The notes under the pieces: model-generated
Told to the model about the DNA's origin: nothing
The model's input: the letters and a program-made list of their open reading frames with translations, nothing else
Database searches by the model: none
Part shown: positions 40,040 to 52,502 of the stretch, piece by piece
Layout: every line of letters starts with the position of its first letter
Position numbering within the stretch: the stretch's first letter is position 1
Translations under genes and position numbers: made by a program
NCBI RefSeq assembly: GCF_001194135.2
Contig: NC_069000.1
Span: 10,509,610 to 10,563,173, forward strand
DNA: 53,564 bases
Direction: 5' to 3'
From: Octopus bimaculoides
Taxonomy: Eukaryota

Positions 40040-40303
40040 TTATTGCTTGGCTGTTTTAGCCGTTGGACTGTGGCCATGCTGGGGCACCACCTTTAGTCGA
40101 GCAAATCGACCCCAGGGCTTATTCTTTGTAAGCCTAGTCCTTATTCTATCGGATCTCTTTTGCCAAACCGCTAAGTTACGGAGATGTAAACACACCAGCA
40201 TTGGTTGTCAAGCGATGTTGTGGGGGGACAAACACAGACACGCAAACATATACACACACATACATACATATATACATACATACAGACACACGCACACACG
40301 CAC

Positions 40304-40344
<41 letters not shown>
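40040..40344 (-). mobile_element. SINE-B 3' half
   Basis: Matches 6839-6990 (AATCGACCCCAGG..CTTATTCTTTGTAAGCCTAGT). Confidence 0.85.
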
Positions 40345-40354
40345 NNNNNNNNNN

Positions 40355-40690
40355 GTGGGAGAATGTACGAAAAAACAACAACAGACGAGGACAGGTGGTG
40401 TAAATAACAAAAGGATGTATTAGTTTGACGCTCAGGAATACGGAAAGTCTTTGACATTTCGAGCTACGCTCTTCAACAGAAAGAATACGGAGACAAGGAG
40501 AAAAACACGGAGAGGTGAAGGAAAGTGAAGGAAAAAATAAAGATGATAAAGGTAATAAAGGTTTACAAAAGTGGAAAAGTTCAAAAGTTCAAAAGTTTTT
40601 TAGACGTCGTGGTATATTGAGGCGATTTCCAATCAGAAGATGGGTCCGTGGGTAGGAGAGGTGCAGCCGGAGGGTGTAAAGTTCAGAATC
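40355..40690 (-). mobile_element. Penelope-like terminal-repeat fragment carrying an HHR motif
   Basis: Aligns with 52846-53010 from GGGAGAAT onward; contains the motif at 40448-40484. Confidence 0.7.
40448..40484 (-). ncRNA. Minimal hammerhead-like motif with CUGUUGA core
   Basis: UCUUU-CUGUUGA-A-GAGC(GUA)GCUC-GAAA-UG-UC-AAAGA: 5-bp stem I, 4-bp stem II, GUC triplet. Confidence 0.65.
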
Positions 40691-41544
40691 AAATACGATG
40701 GGCTTTTTTCAGTTTCCATCTGTCAAATCTGCCAAATTCACTAAAAAGGCTTTGGTCAGCCTGAGGCTATTGTAGAAGTCACTTGCTCAAAGTGCCACAC
40801 AGTTTGATCGGATCAACTGGAACCCTTATCGACGTAACCGAATTAGTGCCAGTTTATGTTAGTATATACGTGTGAGTGTGTGTGTGTGTGTGTGAGCCAG
40901 TGTGTGAAAGCCTATGTGTGTGTTTGTGAGAGTGAGTTTATATTTCTTAAGTCTGTATGCTATTCATTTACTGGCTGTAAAAAACAATGGTTTTACTCAC
41001 AGCATCAGTTGCTTGCTGTCTACCATAAAAACATGTCTGGGCTGTCTGTTGTTTGATAGAATGGGAGATTATAACCTCACTTGGAAATAGGAAGCAGATG
41101 ACAATGATAATGACATCCAGCTACAAAAAAAAGAAAAAAACACTGCCCCAAAATACTCTTCTCTGACCCAGACAGGCACAGAAAAGAAGATGCTAAAACT
41201 ATGATGATGCTGCTGCTAATGATGATGACAACAACGATGACGATAATGATGATGATGACGACAACAATGAAATACTTTTGCGCAATAAACTATTGATTAC
41301 AAAAGGCACTAAACAGACAATTTACTGAATTAATAGTGTTGCATAAATGGGAGGAATTACATGTAAATGGTTGTTTCAGATTTTTACTCTTGGTGATCTT
41401 TATTTCTGTCGCAAAATTTTGCATACTGCACAGAAGTTGAATTTAACATCATTTCTATTATTTCTAATTAAATTTTCTGCTTTTTTCAGAAAGTGTTTAC
41501 TTTATAGTAAAAGAAACATTTAGTGATATTTCATATCTATATCT

Positions 41545-41575
<31 letters not shown>

Positions 41576-41756
41576 CCTACCTACCTACCACATTTTATCA
41601 AGAACAGCAAATCACCACATCCTTCTGTCCTTTGTCATTCCTTAGTGTAGCCAACATACATACAAACATACATACATACATACATACATACATACATCCA
41701 TACATACATACACACACACATACATACATACATATATATATAAGTATGTATATATG

Positions 41757-41919
41757 TAAAGGGCTTCTTTTAGTTTCCATCTACCAAATCCACTCACAAG
41801 GCTTTGGTCAGCCCGACGCAATAGTAGAAGACACTTACCCGAGGTGCCACACAGTGGGACTGAACCCGGAAACATGTGGTCGGGAAGCAGAATTCTTACC
41901 ACACATCCACACCTGCACC
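41757..41919 (-). mobile_element. SINE-B 5' half
   Basis: Reverse complement of 777-940. Confidence 0.85.
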
Positions 41920-42410
41920 TAATTCAGAGACAAAATTATTCAACATCCAGAACATTCTAGCCTTTTGGAAGATTCCATTTTCACAGAATTTCCAATGAAG
42001 ATTGGATATATTATAGCTAGAAAATGAGTTTTGAGTGAAACATGACCACATAGAATCTTCGGCAGGCGCTGTAAATAAATATTCAAATAAATAAATAAAT
42101 ACATGAAACTGTTTTAAAATTATGATTGGTGCTTATGTATATTTTAATGTTTTTATACATATAAGAGAACTCAATCCAGAATACCAGAAAGCAATATATA
42201 AAATGCATTTAATATAAATAGCATATATTTAATATATTTTATGTTACAAAGCGAGATATTTGAATATTTATAGTTATAAGTATATTATTATCCCTACTTT
42301 GCTGTAGTGAGGTCTCTCACCTTGTAACATATAAAATATATTAAATACAAGCTGTTTATATTAAATGTGTTATATATATATATATACATACATACATAAA
42401 TACACACATA

Positions 42411-42446
<36 letters not shown>

Positions 42447-42744
42447 TGAGTATATATAGATATGTGTATGACTTTCAGTGCATATAATATATATATTTAT
42501 CTATATCTATCTATCTATCTATCTGTCTATTTGNNNNNNNNNNNNNNNNNNNNNNNNNNNNNNNNNNNNNNNNNNNNNNNNNNNNNNNNNNNNNNNNNNN
42601 NNNNNNNNNNNNNNNNNNNNNNNNNNNNNNNNNCCACCACCACCACCACCATCATCCTCAATTGGTTTGGTACTAACAGATGTTGCAACAGGAGTAGAAG
42701 CCATTGAGTGGTGGTAGTGGTGGTGGTGGTGGTCACATTTTCCA

Positions 42745-43035
42745 TTCTCAGTGAGAAAGAGGAAGCTGTGGTATGAGAACAACATTGTGCATGATATGCA
42801 ATGATATCTGGTGTCCTGCAGAGATCTGATCTTGGACCCCCTGTTGTCTGTTGCATATATTCACGAAACAGAAGCCAAATTGAAACATGTTACTTTGTTA
42901 AAATATGCAGACGACATAGGGCTCTATCTTAAGATAAACAGTATGGGTCCTATACACTGTAGATCTTTCCTGTAATCTGACCTGGACACAATGCAGTAAT
43001 GAATTACTGACTGGAAACTCAAGCTGGCTGCAGAA
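42745..43035 (+). mobile_element. CR1/L2-type LINE reverse transcriptase fragment
   Basis: LSEKEEAVV*...MISGVLQRSDLGP, +1 frameshift, LLSVAYIHE...LLKYADDIGLY...SDLDTMQ**ITDWKLKL; YADD at 42904-42915. Confidence 0.9.
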
Positions 43036-43095
43036 AGAGCACAACTACGCATTTTGGAAGATAAGAAATCTCAGAATTTGCCTACTCCATACACA

Positions 43096-43330
43096 ACATC
43101 ATCATCATCATCATCATGGTCGTTTAACGTCCGCCTTCCATGCTGGCATGGGTTGGACGGTTTGATAGGAGTCAGCCAGCTGGGGAGCTGTCCAGACTCC
43201 AGCTGTCTGTCTGTTGTGGAATGGTTTCTGCAGCTGGATGCCCTTCCTGATGCCAACCATTTTATAGAGGGTGCTGGGTGCTTTTTACGTGCCACTGGCA
43301 CAGGTGCACTTGCACAGCTCTGGCACAGGC
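43096..43330 (-). mobile_element. Family C copy next to the RT fragment
   Basis: (CAT)n-GTTTAACGTCCGCCTTCCATGCTGGCATGG...GCTGGATGCCCTTCCTGATGCCAACC. Confidence 0.85.
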
Positions 43331-43877
43331 ACAATAATGTAACACCGGCATGGGTGCTTTTTAAGTGGAATCAGCCCCTTAAGGGACAGGCCTNNNNNNN
43401 NNNNNNNNNNNNNNNNNNNNNNNNNNNNNNNNNNNNNNNNNNNNNNNNNNNNNNNNNNNNNNNNNNNNNNNNNNNNNNNNNNNNNNNNNNNNNNNNNNNN
43501 NNNNNNNNNNNNNNNNNNNNNNNNNNNNNNNNNNNNNNNNNNNNNNNNNNNNNNNNNNNNNNNNNNNNNNNNNNNNNNNNNNNNNNNNNNNNNNNNNNNN
43601 NNNNNNNNNNNNNNNNNNNNNNNNNNNNNNNNNNNNNNNNNNNNNNNNNNNNNNNNNNNNNNNNNNNNNNNNNNNNNNNNNNNNNNNNNNNNNNNNNNNN
43701 NNNNNNNNNNNNNNNNNNNNNNNNNNNNNNNNNNNNNNNNNNNNNNNNNNNNNNNNNNNNNNNNNNNNNNNNNNNNNNNNNNNNNNNNNNNNNNNNNNNN
43801 NNNNNNNNNNNNNNNNNNNNNNNNNNNNNNNNNNNNNNNNNNNNNNNNNNNNNNNNNNNNNNNNNNNNNNNNNNNNN

Positions 43878-43946
<69 letters not shown>

Positions 43947-44834
43947 TATATGCCCACACATATACATATATACATAAGAAATGCTTAGCATACCAATGAA
44001 TACCAATATTACTGTAAACTCTTCTTAGCTTCTAAATTATAATAATTAAATAAAAGACATTCCTTCGAATGTGTTGAACATTCTAAGTCTTGATTAAATG
44101 TCGAAATGTCTGAGCTGATTTTGCTGTTTAATAAGATTATAATTGTTCAGACTATTAACCTAATCTTTAGAGATGAAGCAATTTTCTTCAAAAAGAAAAA
44201 AAGAACAAAAACACAAAAAGAAACACAAGATTAGTTTACAATCTACACTACATTCCATCATAATGAACGCACTTGGAATGGTGATATATTGGGTTACCAG
44301 ATAAGTTCTTTGGGGGTTTTTGTTTCCCCATTCATTTTAATCCATTCTAGTGTTATTTGAGTTCATAGTCATTGACATCGTCATCGTCGTCACCATCATC
44401 GTCGTCGTTATCGTCATTGTCGTAGTAGTCATCATCATGATCGTCGTCATCATCAAGTTGACCCAAGTTGCCTCCATGCTGGTCTTTAGCATGTTTATAT
44501 ATNNNNNNNNNNNNNNNNNNNNNNNNNNNNNNNNNNNNNNNNNNNNNNNNNNNNNNNNNNNNNNNNNNNNNNNNNNNNNNNNNNNNNNNNNNNNNNNNNN
44601 NNNNNNNNNNNNNNNNNNNNNNNNNNNNNNNNNNNNNNNNNNNNNNNNNNNNNNNNNNNNNNNNNNNNNNNNNNNNNNNNNNNNNNNNNNNNNNNNNNNN
44701 NNNNNNNNNNNNNNNNNNNNNNNNNNNNNNNNNNNNNNNNNNNNNNNNNNNNNNNNNNNNNNNNNNNNNNNNNNNNNNNNNNNNNNNNNNNNNNNNNNNN
44801 NNNNNNNNNNNNNNNNNNNNNNNNNNNNNNNNNN

Positions 44835-44866
<32 letters not shown>

Positions 44867-45892
44867 TACATGTAAATCAAAGTATGTGTGTGTACAATGA
44901 CTAACGCATATATTTCCACAATTCTCAACCGATTTTCATCAAACTTTACACAAACATTATAAGTAGGAGAGTTTTAAAAAGAGTTTAAGTACTAGGATTT
45001 ATTTGTTCAACTTAACCCTTCAAAGTTTTGCTCAGCTCAGGTCTATTGTTAAAAGCCATTTCCCCAAAATTCCACACAGAGGTATGGTGGGATGGAACTG
45101 AACCCAACAATCACAGGGGTCACATTGTGAACTTCTGAAACCACACACTGATCTTATTTGATTAAACACACTCAACACTGATGTCTAAAATCGATTTATA
45201 TATTCATGCAAACAAATCGCCAAACAACAAAGGTTTTTATTCCTATGATCAGACTACGGAAAAACCAGCCATATTGCAAAGACAGTCAAATTAGAATATT
45301 GGTCACCGGATGGAAATGATTCTGTGAAAGGAAAGCAAGAACAACAGAGTTTTGGTAACATTAAACAAGCTTTGTGATTTAACCATATTTCTTGGTGGAA
45401 GAGACTAAAGTACTGGTGCTTAATTTGGTAAAGCATTCTGTGACCATTTAAAAGAAAATTTCTTTATTTTGTGATTAATGAAGGGAAAAATAGTATGGGA
45501 GAGTAAATAAATGGTGTTGGACAGAAATCCCATGGAAGCAAATTCTACTCTCTATTGCCTTTTTTTTTTTTTTAGTTATTTTTGCTTTTAATTTGTTTTT
45601 AAAAATCTGTTCATATCTTTTGTCTTTTTGTTGTTGGTTTTGTTGATTTATATGGATTGCGTTGTTTCGTAGTCATTCATTTAAATTCATTAAATTAGTG
45701 TTATTATTAATGTTGTTGTTATTGTTGTTATCATCATTATTATTATTATCATCGTTATTATTATTTTTATTATTATTATTATCATCATCATTGTTATTAT
45801 TATTTTATTATTATTATCATCATCATCGTTATTATTATTTTATTATCATTATTATTATCATTATTATTATTATTATTATCATCATTATTATT

Positions 45893-46010
45893 AAGGTGGT
45901 GAGCATGCAGAATCATTAGCATTCAGGGCAAAATGCTTAGTGGCGTTTCATTCGTCATCAAATTCTGAGTTCAAATTCTGCTGAGTTCGATTTTACCATT
46001 CATCTTTTCA
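45893..46010 (+). mobile_element. SINE-A 5' half directly after a long (TTA/TCA)n array
   Basis: AAGGTGGTGAGC head and TCTGAGTTCAAATTC. Confidence 0.8.
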
Positions 46011-46984
46011 GCCACTTTCCCAATGAGTATTGCTGCCAAATTTGGTGAAAATCTGCTCAGCCGTTTTCCAGGAATTATGCAAACACACAGACAAACAAAG
46101 ATGAGCAACTATATTACCCTACTTTCATTTACACGTGCAAGGTAAACATTTTGAATATTGTAGAAGTTTAATCAGTTTATTAACAGAAAAATCTTAAGTG
46201 AACCCCCAAGGGTCATGTGGAGTTCAGTTGAAAACCACTGGTGCCTGAGAAAACAAAAAAAAAAAAATGAGGAAACAAAAAAGATGGGGTGGTCGTGGGA
46301 TGGAATGTATTTGATCATGGGACTGTTCAATCAGTGCCAACCTGTGAACTGAATAAGAGAAAAAAAGAAACGTTTAAAGCTAAAACTGTCCAAAGCTCTT
46401 TGTAATTACATTCACATCAAATGTCAGAAACGAGATAAATAATTAGTGACAAATTAGCTTTCCTCAGCCTAGACCATATGTCAGCAACTGAGTTGAAGAT
46501 AATGTCCAAGGGACAGATAACGGAATTGGTTCCATTATAAATACTCATCAAGCTGTATGTTATTACCATTGTTGTTATTGCTTAGCTCCAGATCAACTCT
46601 GGTTGAGTATATCTATGGTCAATGTGTTCCAACCATGATCATCATATTTAAATCTTTTTTTTTTCTCCCCAGAGAATAAGTGCAGGTATGACTGCATGGT
46701 TAAGAACTTTGCTTCCTAGTCATATGGTTCTGAGTTCAGTCCCACTATATGGCACCTTGGGCAAGTATTGCCTGGAATTTAATTGATGATTTGGATTTTG
46801 TGAGGGTTGAGACAAAAAGAAAAGAAAAAGGATTGTCAATCCCTTAAACTAAATAGAATGTTTTGTGTTTCACCACTGCAGCAAAACATCTGTTCCTGGC
46901 CTTCTTTTTTACTTTTGGCTGCTCAACCCTTGGCACAAAGCAACATACCTCAGTATATTGCCCCTACATTCTATGAAGGGGCCT

Positions 46985-47228
46985 TGTTTTGTAAGTGATT
47001 TGATGACCCCACACACTAGTGATGGTGATATAGAAATAAAAGAAAAAGCGCCAAATACACTCTGTAGAGTGGTCGGCGTTAGGAAAGGCATCCAGCTGTA
47101 GAAACCTTGCCAAAGTAGACACTGGAGGAGACCAACACTGCCCTCAGGCCAATTGGATCTTGTTGATTCATCCAATCCATGACAGCATAGAACATGGATG
47201 TCGAAAGATGATGATGATGATGATGATA
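46985..47228 (+). mobile_element. Family C variant 3' end with (GAT)n tail
   Basis: GGCGTTAGGAAAGGCATCCAGCTGTAGAAA shared with other family C copies. Confidence 0.75.
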
Positions 47229-47583
47229 CAGGAGCATCTGAAATCACATGTTTCATGAAATACGGCTTCAGGATAGAAATTTAGTTTTAGCAATAATTAC
47301 GTAATAGACTTTGTAATTATGTAATAAAACGGAGATGAGGAACTTGCAATCTGTTGGAAACAAAAAAAAAAAAAACAAGTACAATGTTTAAGAGAAAAAT
47401 CATTATAGAAGATTATATTTTTGTTGGTTTAATTTTCTTTAAAGCCTGTCATTTCATCACACAGTGAAGTTTAGGATAAAAAAAAACACCATTTGCATTT
47501 CTTCATTTACACGTTATTACTTGGGAAAAATTTAACATGTATTCTGGTTGAGAACAAATATTGTCTTCTTGTTATGTGATCCT

Positions 47584-47619
<36 letters not shown>

Positions 47620-47621
<2 letters not shown>

Positions 47622-47781
47622 CAAGCTTCTTTCAGTTTCCATCTACCAAATCCACTCACAAGGCTTTGGTCGGCCCAAGGCTATAGCAGAAGACACTTTC
47701 CCAAAGTTCCACACAGTGGGACTGAACCTAGAACCATGCGGTTGGGAAGCAAGCTTTTTATCACACAGCCATGCCTGCACC
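47620..47781 (-). mobile_element. SINE-B 5' half
   Basis: Reverse complement of 777-940. Confidence 0.85.
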
Positions 47782-48163
47782 TAGTTACATATTTATGCTA
47801 TAAAACCTTACGACCAATCACTGTTTTAATTTGAATTTAAACAAACTTAGCATGTTATCATTCAAACAATATGAAACAGGTTGGCATAACTTAATAATTT
47901 AGTGATTTTATAAAACTATTAAAATTAATGGAATTTGTCTCGAACTTCATACAATAAATCTTTCCTGGTTTAAAACTTATAAAGTATTGTAACTCTATTC
48001 TGGCTATTCTTCCTAATTTGATACTTTTGCTTGTGGGATTATTTATATATTCATGTACTTAGTTATTTAAAATTAAATTTTAGATTTTATGTATAATATT
48101 TTTATTAAATTTAAGTAATCTTAACCGACTTATTTTATTTGCCTTAATATATTATCATTTTCT

Positions 48164-48500
48164 AAGGTGGTGAACAGGCAGAATCGTTCATATGCCAAAT
48201 AAAATAATGCTTCCCAGCATTTCATCTGCCTATATTCGAAGTTGAAATTCCATCGAGCTCATTGAATCGCAGGTAGAACTCATTTCTGCCAGATGAGCTG
48301 GCACATTCGTTAGCATGCCAGGTAAAATGCTTGGCAGCATATCATCCACCTCTATACATTCTAAGTTCAAATTCTGCCAAGGTAGACTTTACCTTTCATC
48401 TTTTTGGGGTCAACAAAATGAGCACCAGTCGAGCACTGGGGTTGACGTAATCAACTTACCCCGTCACCCAAAACTTCTAACCTTGAACCAAAATTTGCAA
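48164..48500 (+). mobile_element. Two adjacent partial SINE-A copies
   Basis: Heads near 48164 and 48293, each followed by a GTTyAAATTC box. Confidence 0.7.
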
Positions 48501-48547
48501 CCAATTTACACATATGGTTGGTTATGCCTTTGTGTGAGTCACATATT

Positions 48548-48765
48548 CTTTCTTCTATAGACACAAGGCCTGAAATTTTGGGGGAGAGGACCAGTTGATT
48601 ATATCGACCCCAGTAAACAACTGGTGCTTAATTTCTCAACCCTGAAAGGAAGAAAGGCAAAGACGACCTCAGCAGAATTTGAACTCAGAATGTAGCAGCA
48701 GACAAAATACAGCTAAGCATTCCACCCAGTGTGCTAACGATTCTGCCAGCTTGCCATCCTCATGA
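48548..48765 (-). mobile_element. Full-length SINE-A with 14-bp target-site duplication
   Basis: GTGAGTCACATATT at 48534-48547 and 48766-48779. Confidence 0.9.
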
Positions 48766-49614
48766 GTGAGTCACATATTACCAATTATATCTTTCTGGTC
48801 ATCGTATCCTATTTTTCTTTCTCCACTTAATATCATTGCAATTGTAATTATAGTTTCACAATGGTTTAATGCATTCCTTTCTTTTATTTTGCTCAATCAC
48901 TCTCTCTGCTAAATTTTTCTTTTTTTGTTTTTTTTCATTGGGAGTGGAGGATGTCTTAAATCTCTATACAAAAATCCTCTGCATAATTTATCTGTACACT
49001 AATTAGCTATATTTCTCTTAATTAACTTTACTGTATTCATTCTATTTATTTTAAAGTAATTAAACTATAGACATTCCTACATATTAAATTCAGGAAATAG
49101 ATTGATGGCGCTAATCATATCTACCAGTATATCTTACTATCATAACTATGCTACACAATAAAATATAATTTAATACATCATCTCCTTTTGATTGAATCTG
49201 TTGATTACTTGAAAAGAATTGATGGAGTCATTTTCAAATTTGGCGCTGGTCTCTGTGATAAAGAATTCATGCTGTTATTCTGAATTTGGGCAGAGTTGGT
49301 AGATTAGATTTAAAAGAGGTTGAAGATAAAATATACACCATTCAATTTTTCTTATTATTTGTTCTATTCAATTATAATACTGTCTCTTTCCTACCTTCTT
49401 GTTTGAAGATTCCACTTTGGATATCAATCTTCCTCTGACAGTCTAGTTGCTCTATATACAATACTTTTTTATCAGTTGATCAATATGCTCAGCCAATTTT
49501 GGATTCCTGCTTTCAATGTTCATATGTTATTTTATATTTACGAGATGAGGAATTATGTACATTATTTACATTATTTACATTTGACGGATATTTGTCCTCA
49601 TCTTGTTTGTTGTT

Positions 49615-49660
49615 AACACAACGTTTCGGCTGATATACCCTCCAGCCTTCATCAGGTGTC
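49615..49660 (-). ncRNA. Minimal type I hammerhead ribozyme motif with intact core
   Basis: GACAC-CUGAUGA-A-GGCUG(GAGGGUAUAU)CAGCC-GAAA-CG-UU-GUGUU: 5-bp stem I, 5-bp stem II, stem III reduced to palindrome ACGU, GUU triplet. Confidence 0.8.
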
Positions 49661-49739
49661 TTGGGGGGAATTTCGAACCTGGGTTCTCGTTCCTAAGGTA
49701 TGTTTTGATGTTTTTATTATTATTATTATTATAATTCAG

Positions 49740-49835
49740 AGGCTGTGACATCATCATCATCATTATCGTTTAACGCCCACTTTCCATGCTAGCATGGAAA
49801 GTGGGCGTTAAATGATGATGATGATGTCATGGCCT
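49740..49835. repeat. Fold-back palindrome with perfect 44-bp core
   Basis: TTTAACGCCCACTTTCCATGCT|AGCATGGAAAGTGGGCGTTAAA (49769-49812); arms continue through (CAT)n into flanking sequence. Confidence 0.95.
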
Positions 49836-50484
49836 GGAATCGAACTTGGAATCTTGAGGTTAGTAGCCTGCACTCTTAACCACTACGTCATATGTTGATG
49901 TAATCAACTGGTCCCCTCCCCACCAAATTTCAAGCTCTGGGCCTATAGTAAAAAGGATTATTATTATTACATGCACTTTAATTAAAAAAAAAAGAAATTA
50001 TAATAATAATTAAAGCTGGATATTCAGAGGCAAATATCTTCACCCTACTTTTAAACAGTAGCTGCTGCAGAATTTTTTCCTTTTTTTTTTTGTGTGTTTT
50101 TTTTTATTGTTTGTAAAGTTGTTTTCTCCCCAAATGGAATGAGAAAAAATAAATACAACAAAAAATTATTTGGTGGTAAAAAAAAATTAATTAATGTCTA
50201 TTTATTGGACCATTATCTCTTTTATATTACAGTAGTTAGTATTCCATTAAAAAGGTTTTTCTGTTGTCATAGTTGCATGCTTTATTCAACTGTAGTTATG
50301 TCTAATATAATAATACCCATTGTGTATTTGCATATATTTTTTTGTCTATTTTACTCTATTTTTTTTGTGGCCATAACTTTCATTAGATAACTATATGCAA
50401 TAGAATTATATTACTTTTAATTTTAAAAAAATACATAATGGAAGGATAAATTATTGGAAAGAAAAAAATTAATAAATTAAAAAA

Positions 50485-50915
50485 GTTTATAATGAAAATT
50501 TTATCTTTTCCCCAAAAAATTAAATTAATTTTTCTAATTAAAAATTTTAAAATGCTTTAATGAAAATTTGTATTTCACTGAAACACAAATTAATAATTTT
50601 TTTTAAATTAAAAAAGTTTATAATGAAAATTTTGTGTTCTGAAGAAAAGTAGATTTAATTTTTCAAATTAAAAAGTTAAGAAAGTTAAAACAAAAAATAA
50701 TGGTTAAAATTTTCAGTTTGCAGAAATGAAAATAATTTTTTGTGTTTAAAAATTTAAAAAGTAGTATTATAATGAAAATTTGTATTGTTTAAAAAGGGTT
50801 AAGTTAAATTTTTTGATTAAAAATTTAAAAGGTTACAATGAAAATTTGTACTCTTCTTGGAAGGACATTAATTTTCTAAATTTAAAAAAAAAAAGATGAT
50901 GAAAGTTTTGTCTTT
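50485..50915. repeat. Cryptic AT-rich ~65-bp satellite, 6-7 units
   Basis: AATGAAAATTT-like anchor at 50491, 50559, 50622, 50771, 50837 and 50898. Confidence 0.6.
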
Positions 50916-51709
50916 TTCACAGAAAGGAAAGTTAAATATTTGTGCATAAAACATGGCATATATTTCAATATATGTAATTGACAATGTTACTCTTAACTCA
51001 CTTCCTTCTCTGCTTCTGTTTGTCTGTTTTTACATAGAAGGAACAACAAAGGAAAATTGCAATAAGATAAAATAATTATAAAATAAACCTATAATCATTG
51101 CAGTACTTCGGGATGGTAATTTTTTATTTATTTGCCAAATAAACACATGCATTATATATTCATTATTCACTTGTTTATTACTGTTTGTATTCTAATTCAT
51201 GTCCATTGTCCAGAAATCTTTTGTCACACATCTGTGACCTCTACAGTGACATTTTATGTCTTCATGAGTACTCTTCCATTCTCCAATGAAATAAGCAGAG
51301 CAAGAGCACACACGAAGATGGAAAATGGTATTGAGGAGGTCACAGAGGTGTAACAAAAGATTTTCGGACAATGGACATGATTTGGAATAAAAACAGTACT
51401 AAATGAGTGAAGAATTAATATGTAGTGTGTGTGGTTACTTCCTCAGAAAGCCTACTGCTGTTAAATTGCTTGTTCTCCACTAATGATGATGACGATGATG
51501 AAGATGAGAGGAGGAGAAAGGATGATAATGATGATGATGGTGATGATGAGTAGGAGGAGGTGGATGAGGAGGAGGATAATGGTGATGATGATGAGGAGGA
51601 GAAGGATGATAATGATGATGGTGATGATGTTATTGGTCAACTAGTTGAAATAAATATGATTGTTGTAGATCTAACAACAGATATAAATGATTTGTTGGCC
51701 CTTGGCAGC

Positions 51710-51740
<31 letters not shown>

Positions 51741-52502
51741 AATGCTGATTTGTTGTCCACAAGGGAAGTAATCTCTGTATGTTGACCAAGAATTGTGATG
51801 TAACACTACTGTGTCTTTTGGATATTTCTTTGGCTGGTCAGTTGAATATTTATTTCCTTGGACAGCTCAACCACCACTGACACCATCCCTACCACTACCA
51901 CCACAACAACAACAACAACAACAACAACAAAAACAAGAATAACTACAACTACAACTACCTCAACTACCACCATCAGCACCGCTACCATCACCACAACATA
52001 AACAACAGCAGCAGTAGCAGCAGCAACAACCACCGCCACCACCACCACTACCACTAAAACAACAGCAGCAGTAACAACAACCACCACCACCACCACCACC
52101 AACACCACTAACACCACCACCACTAAAACAGCAGCAACATCAGCAGCAGTGGCAACACAACACTAGCAAATAAACTCTGACATCAACAACCATTAAGGGA
52201 TCAGGATGTAATAAGCAAGGTGAAAGCCTACCAACCTATCGACCAGCGAGACAACCATTTAAGATATTAAGGAAAGTGCCATGATGAATTAAAACATCCT
52301 GAGACACCTGACATCAATTAAATAACATTAATTATTGAGAATTAATTAAAATTACATTAATTAAATCTTCTTGCCCTTCTAACTATGATGAAAGTTGATT
52401 TTAATTTTAGTATCTGTGGATACGAAGAATTATTATATACGTAAAACTAGAATTACATTACTGAACAACAATTCCTTGCCTTTGCTTTCTTTTAATATAT
52501 AT

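Larger units (their letters stand above)
49535..49893 (-). mobile_element. SINE-E: tRNA-like Pol III head plus body containing a hammerhead motif
   Basis: A-box TGACGTAGTGG (49890-49880), B-box GTTCGATTCC (49845-49836), HHR at 49660-49615, tandem AATGTAAAT units at the 3' end. Confidence 0.75.
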
